A stretch of 39,014 bases of DNA from an uncultured Candidatus Saccharibacteria bacterium. Lineage in GTDB: Bacteria > Patescibacteriota > Minisyncoccia > Phycocordibacterales > CAIZIN01. The DNA lies in NCBI GenBank assembly GCA_964483025.1, contig CAYZZT010000003.1, positions 1 to 39,014 of the forward strand. Reading direction: 5' to 3'. The notes under the pieces were generated by a model, which worked only from the letters and a program-made list of their open reading frames with translations, was not told where the DNA came from and did no database searches. Position numbers and translations under genes: made by a program. Below are positions 34,617-39,014 of the stretch, piece after piece. The first letter of the stretch is position 1; the number at the start of each line of letters is the position of its first letter.

Positions 34617-34751
34617 GCTAAAACAATTGAGTACAATTGTGCGCCCGAACTTTTGTACTCAAAAGTTTTAGGGGGATGAATTAAGAATTAGGAATTATGA
34701 ATTAAGAAAAAAATTTTGAATTTTTAATTTTAATTTTTAAATTTGAAACTT

Positions 34752-34825
34752 GCGGACATAATTTAGTGGTAGAATAGTTGCTTCCCAAGCAACATGCCCG
34801 AGTTCGATTCTCGGTGTCCGCACCA
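34752..34825 (+). tRNA. tRNA-Gly(CCC)
   Basis: GCGGACA/TGTCCGC acceptor, GTTGC-TTCCCAA-GCAAC, TTCGATT, A73, CCA. Confidence 0.95.
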
Positions 34826-35370
34826 TGAATACAAAAGTGGTTATTTCAGGAAGTTTTAGAAAACATTTAAGTGAGATCGGGAAAGCCTCGTCAAAATTCA
34901 AAGATGCTGGGGTAAAAGTATTAGCTCCACTCACTCAAGATACAATAAACAGCAATGCTGATTTTGTGATTCTGGAAACTGATGATCCTCAAAAAACCGC
35001 GGATGTTTTAGAGAAGGATTTTATGTCTAAGATCGCGAAGTCGAGTTTTTTGTATATTGCGAATATAGAGGGGTATATAGGAAAGAGTACGGGAGCCGAG
35101 ATGTGTTTTGCAATACTTAATAATATCCCTATTGTTGTTGCAGAAAAAATTAATAAATTTTCTAGTGATATACCAGTTTTTATAGAAAATATTTTGAAGG
35201 ATTCTGCTTTTATATGTCTTCCTATTCATAAGATTGAAGCTTCTTCAATTACTGAATTAAAGTTTTCAAAGTTTGTTTCAAATGATTTATCTATTGAACA
35301 GAAGGAAGAATTGGGTTTATTTATTGATGGTTTACTTGAAGAGTTAAAAGGTGTAAAATTTAATACATGA
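34825..35370 (+). CDS. nucleoside 2-deoxyribosyltransferase-like fold protein
   Basis: VVISGSFRK, V.VLAP, KIAKSSFLYIAN..GYIGKSTGAE..FA....IPI. Confidence 0.65.
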   Translation: MNTKVVISGSFRKHLSEIGKASSKFKDAGVKVLAPLTQDTINSNADFVILETDDPQKTADVLEKDFMSKIAKSSFLYIANIEGYIGKSTGAEMCFAILNNIPIVVAEKINKFSSDIPVFIENILKDSAFICLPIHKIEASSITELKFSKFVSNDLSIEQKEELGLFIDGLLEELKGVKFNT

Positions 35371-35690
35371 GTAATCTAAACCTTAAACAAAATCCTACAC
35401 TTTCTGATTTTCAATCTTATGTTCTAGACATGGTAAAAGAACGTGGTTTTGATAAAGAAACTGTACCAGAAGTATTTATGCTTTTTCTTGAGGAGTGTGG
35501 TGAAATGGCAAAAGCGGTAAGAAAGTCTCAAAATATAAAGGTTGATAAAAATTCAGAGCAATTCAAACTTGAGGGAGAGGTTGCAGATGTTTTTATTTAT
35601 CTTTTGGATATCTGTAATATGTTGGGGGTAGACTTAGAAAAAGCATTTAGGGATAAGGAGGAAATCAACAAGAAAAGATCTTGGAAATAA
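35367..35690 (+). CDS. MazG-like nucleotide pyrophosphohydrolase
   Basis: LEECGEMAKAVRK, EVADVFIYLLDICN, K.EIN..R. Confidence 0.9.
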   Translation: MSNLNLKQNPTLSDFQSYVLDMVKERGFDKETVPEVFMLFLEECGEMAKAVRKSQNIKVDKNSEQFKLEGEVADVFIYLLDICNMLGVDLEKAFRDKEEINKKRSWK

Positions 35691-35745
35691 TCAAGCTAGG
35701 AATTTCATATTAGCAAAGTATTTTATTAAGTTAGTATTGAATGTT

Positions 35746-36339
35746 ATGAAAAACACAGAAATGGGCTTTATTGGAATTGTTATTGTTGTTCTTATTGCAC
35801 TTGGGTTATTGGGCGGTGGAATATATTATTACTCAAACACGAAATCAGAAATTACTGAAGTTTCTAAAATACCAGATAAAAATAGTGTTGAAGCGACTTC
35901 TTCAAGTGTGTCAGAGGTTGGTGAGAAGTTTAATACGGCATCAACCACTATAGTCACGGCACATATTGATTCAATTGTAGGAAATAATATTACGTTAGAT
36001 TATATTGAAATACTTGGTGGTGAAGAAGCAAAAAAGGCTAAGGTTGCGGATGGGTTGTGTACTCAAATTGAAGTCGATGAAAATAACGGGTGTTTTCCTA
36101 ATGGGGAAGTGTATTACAGGAATCAAAATCCTAAACTTAGAACCTTTACTTGGCTTCTTAATATTCAAATTGTTACTGCAAGTAACTTTAAAGAATCTCC
36201 TGATGGTATTACAAATATTTCAATGCAAGAATTTGAGGATATGTATATGGCGCCAGGTCCGAACAATAACATACCTTACATGGTTACTTTAAACAGTAAG
36301 AATGAAGTAATTAAAATAGAAGAAATATTTAGGCCTTAA
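35746..36339 (+). CDS. membrane-anchored/secreted hypothetical protein
   Basis: Pilin-like leader GFIGIVIVVLIALGLLGGGIYYY, S/T-rich linker, Cys pair. Confidence 0.75.
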   Translation: MKNTEMGFIGIVIVVLIALGLLGGGIYYYSNTKSEITEVSKIPDKNSVEATSSSVSEVGEKFNTASTTIVTAHIDSIVGNNITLDYIEILGGEEAKKAKVADGLCTQIEVDENNGCFPNGEVYYRNQNPKLRTFTWLLNIQIVTASNFKESPDGITNISMQEFEDMYMAPGPNNNIPYMVTLNSKNEVIKIEEIFRP

Positions 36340-36403
36340 TGTAGGACTATATTAAAGAGAATCAAAACTGGAGAAAAGGTCTATTTTTTGCTAGTATGGG
36401 TAT

Positions 36404-37504
36404 ATGTCTAGAAAACTCTTTTTTATAACAATATTAACTTTTTTGCTCAACATTCCAGCAACTACTTTTGCTGCTGTCCCAGCAAATTTTATTATTTCTG
36501 CATGGATTCCATATTGGGCCAAAACAGCGGGTACAAAAAGTGCCGTGGATCATTTGAAGTATTTTAATGAGCTTCACCCGTTTGCTTATGAAGTGCAACC
36601 TGATGGAACAATTATCGATAAGATGAAACTAGATCAGACTCCATACAAAGAGCTTGTTCAAAAAGCTAAGGATAATAATGTAAAGATAATTCCAACATTT
36701 CTTTGGACAGGCCCTACGGCAATGAAGAATACTTTTTCTGATACCGCAAAAACTCAAACACATATAAATAAAATTATAGAATTAGCACAAAGTATTAATG
36801 CTTCTGGAGTGGATATTGATTACGAGGGTAAGCGAATGGAAGATAAAGCTATCTATGCCAGCTTTTTTGAAAAACTTTCAAAGGCACTTCATGCAAAAAA
36901 CTTAACACTTTCTTGTACAATACAAGCTGTTTCTACGGCCACGCCTCCAGCTAGATTAATAACACTTAAAGCAACAGCACCTTGGTCTGATGATTTGGCA
37001 AAAATGAATAAATATTGTGACACTATTCGAATAATGGCTTATGATCAAATGCCACAGACGACAACAGGAACTTGGACAGAAGCAAAAGATAAAAAACCCT
37101 ATGCTCCAAATGCAGATATTTCTTGGATTAGAAAAGTGCTTGATTATAATTTAAAGTTTATTGATAAAAATAAATTAATTCTTGGAATTCCAACATATGG
37201 TTGGGATACTCAATATACAAAATTAAAAACAGGAGGATATTCCTATGAAATTATGAGAAGTGTGGCTTTGGCAGATTATTTACAAATTGCGAAAGATAAT
37301 AATGTAAAGCCAACAAGAGATGCTTCTGGGGCACTTAGTTTTACTTATGTAAAGAATGGAAAAAACAGAGTTGTGTATCTTGCAGATGCAACTTCGGTGC
37401 AGTATGCTTATGAGGAAGCAAAAAGAAGAGGTTTGAGGGGAGTGACTTTGTTTAAGGTGGATGGAGGAGAGGATCCTTTAATTTACAGCATACTGGGAAG
37501 ATGA
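36404..37504 (+). CDS. glycoside hydrolase family 18 protein, secreted
   Basis: Signal peptide, GVDIDYE, IMAYD, KLILGIPTYG, GLRGV. Confidence 0.9.
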   Translation: MSRKLFFITILTFLLNIPATTFAAVPANFIISAWIPYWAKTAGTKSAVDHLKYFNELHPFAYEVQPDGTIIDKMKLDQTPYKELVQKAKDNNVKIIPTFLWTGPTAMKNTFSDTAKTQTHINKIIELAQSINASGVDIDYEGKRMEDKAIYASFFEKLSKALHAKNLTLSCTIQAVSTATPPARLITLKATAPWSDDLAKMNKYCDTIRIMAYDQMPQTTTGTWTEAKDKKPYAPNADISWIRKVLDYNLKFIDKNKLILGIPTYGWDTQYTKLKTGGYSYEIMRSVALADYLQIAKDNNVKPTRDASGALSFTYVKNGKNRVVYLADATSVQYAYEEAKRRGLRGVTLFKVDGGEDPLIYSILGR

Positions 37505-37702
37505 TTTTAGATTAAGTCAAGTTTTGTATTTGTGCAGGGGTGGTATAATAAACTCTCAATTAAAAATAACTAGGCATAAAATTTCAAAACTCTTTTTGTG
37601 TCATCCTCGCGAATGCGGGGATCCAAGTCCTGAATTCTGCAGCCTGGATTCCCGCCTCCGCGGGAATGACAATTCCAGTGTTTTGTGATTTAAACAAAAA
37701 TA

Positions 37703-37936
37703 ATGAAAAAAGTAATCGTATATTCAACACCAACATGTCACTTCTGCCATTTAGCAAAAGATTTTTTTACTGCAAAGGGAGTAGCTTTTGATGACAAAGA
37801 TGTAATGACAGACCTCGTGGCTCGCCAAGAGATGGTTACAAAAAGTGGACAAATGGGGGTGCCAGTAATTGATATTGAAGGAAAAATAATTGTTGGGTTT
37901 GATGAGGGGGAGATTGTGGGGGAATTAGGTTTATAG
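37703..37936 (+). CDS. glutaredoxin-like protein (NrdH/YruB type)
   Basis: YSTPTCHFC, SGQMGVPVI, IVGFD. Confidence 0.94.
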   Translation: MKKVIVYSTPTCHFCHLAKDFFTAKGVAFDDKDVMTDLVARQEMVTKSGQMGVPVIDIEGKIIVGFDEGEIVGELGL

Positions 37937-38135
37937 GCTCTAGCAATTATGCCACAGGGGCACTTCTTGTATTCCCTAAAGCATAGCTCGGGCGACAAAT
38001 TTAATAATTTGTTTAGCCTAATTCACTTCGCTCATAAGGAAACAAAGTCGAGCGCTAGGCTCTAGCATTAAAAAAATATCCCTTTCGGTATATTTTTTGT
38101 ACCAGCAATAATCAGTGATATAATTATTTGTAATT

Positions 38136-38582
38136 ATGAATGAAGAGTTTAAAAAAATGCTTACAGAATTTGTAAAATGGATTAAAGTAAAAGTTAGAAT
38201 TCATATTGCAGATAGGTCAGATTTATCTTTTAAAATTAGAGAAATTTGGTGGGCAAATGTTGGTTTAAATGTTGGTTATGAACAGAATGGAAAGAATGCA
38301 AATTTTGAGCGACCTATATTCGTTTTACAAAAATTTGGTCAGCATATATTTTGGGCAATTCCTCTTACCAGTAAAAAGAAAAATAGCATTTTTCGTTTTG
38401 AAATTAAATACAAAGAATATTTTGAAAATGTTGCTGGTGAAATAGTAAGTAATGATAAAGATGGAATAATTATATTAAACCAATTAAAAACAATGAGTAG
38501 CAAGAGACTGATAAGAAAAATGGGGGTAGTTTCGGAAAAAGATTTTAATATAATAAGAGATAGGATTAAATCTTTGATATAA
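38136..38582 (+). CDS. PemK/MazF-family toxin (no adjacent antitoxin)
   Basis: REIWWANVGLNVGYEQNGK..FERP, IPLTS, QLKTMSSKRL. Confidence 0.85.
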   Translation: MNEEFKKMLTEFVKWIKVKVRIHIADRSDLSFKIREIWWANVGLNVGYEQNGKNANFERPIFVLQKFGQHIFWAIPLTSKKKNSIFRFEIKYKEYFENVAGEIVSNDKDGIIILNQLKTMSSKRLIRKMGVVSEKDFNIIRDRIKSLI

Positions 38583-38765
38583 AAGTAAAGACATCTCAGA
38601 GAGATGTCTTTACAACGATCTTCCTTCTCGCGAAGAAAGCCTCGGAGCCCGAAGGCCATTTGTATCTTTATACTAATACCTTCTTATTATAAAGTCAAGT
38701 TCGTGTGCTTAATCCACCTTTTAACTTTGGCAAATAATCGCTTTTCTGTTACATTGTATGGGCAC

Positions 38766-38837
38766 GCCGTCGTAGTTCAATGGATAGAACTGGTCACTCC
38801 TAACGATCCGATGCAGGTTCGATTCCTGCCGATGGCA
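38766..38837 (+). tRNA. tRNA-Arg(CCT)
   Basis: GCCGTCG/CGATGGC acceptor, GTTC/GAAC D stem, loop CTCCTAA, GCAGG-TTCGATT-CCTGC; A.C mismatch at 31-39; CCA not encoded. Confidence 0.9.
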
Positions 38838-38889
38838 CATATACAAAAAAACTCTAAGACTTTGGAGTTTTTTTGTATATGTGCCATCG
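38830..38889. repeat. 25-bp-stem hairpin that includes the tRNA-Arg 3' acceptor strand
   Basis: CGATGGCACATATACAAAAAAACTC ... GAGTTTTTTTGTATATGTGCCATCG. Confidence 0.85.
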
Positions 38890-39014
38890 AGCAAGTGCTG
38901 GGTGAGCTTGGGGTGGGACCCAAGCGCAAGACCGGAGCACGACGGTGCGAGGTGCACCAAGAAAATTTTTCAGTGAGCTCAGATGGGTATCTGAGCGCAA
39001 GGTCGGAAGACGAC

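Larger units (their letters stand above)
34023..34675. repeat. 62-bp inverted repeats (34023-34084, 34614-34675) bracketing two divergent genes
   Basis: Near-perfect reverse complements, each beginning at a TAG stop codon. Confidence 0.9.

Overview
AT-rich bacterial chromosome segment. Gene content and repeat style suggest Patescibacteria/CPR (Parcubacteria-like); this is an inference. Housekeeping genes: rsmG, rnj, secG, lemA, htpX, a CDP-alcohol phosphatidyltransferase, class II RNR nrdJ, murJ, lepA, an ftsB-like gene, rnpB, and tRNA-Gln(CTG), -Ser(GGA), -Gly(CCC) and -Arg(CCT). They are interspersed with orphan single-gene cassettes and several families of palindromic repeats. Four things stand out. 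(1) A 4.03-kb large-serine-recombinase element sits at the 3' end of tRNA-Ser. It carries a complete 336-bp inverted internal copy of its own reconstructed attP, and its recombinase C-terminus would be swapped by integration or inversion. (2) A standalone ~220-nt transcription unit joins a degenerate tRNA to a structurally conserved copy of the 23S rRNA L1 stalk. (3) A GxxExxY PD-(D/E)xK nuclease element with terminal inverted repeats is inserted in frame in lepA. An ORF-less relative and a second hairpin element inflate RNase P RNA to ~660 nt. (4) A 170-bp palindromic element splits a chorismate mutase gene. All calls come from reading the sequence and recalled motifs; no searches were run.
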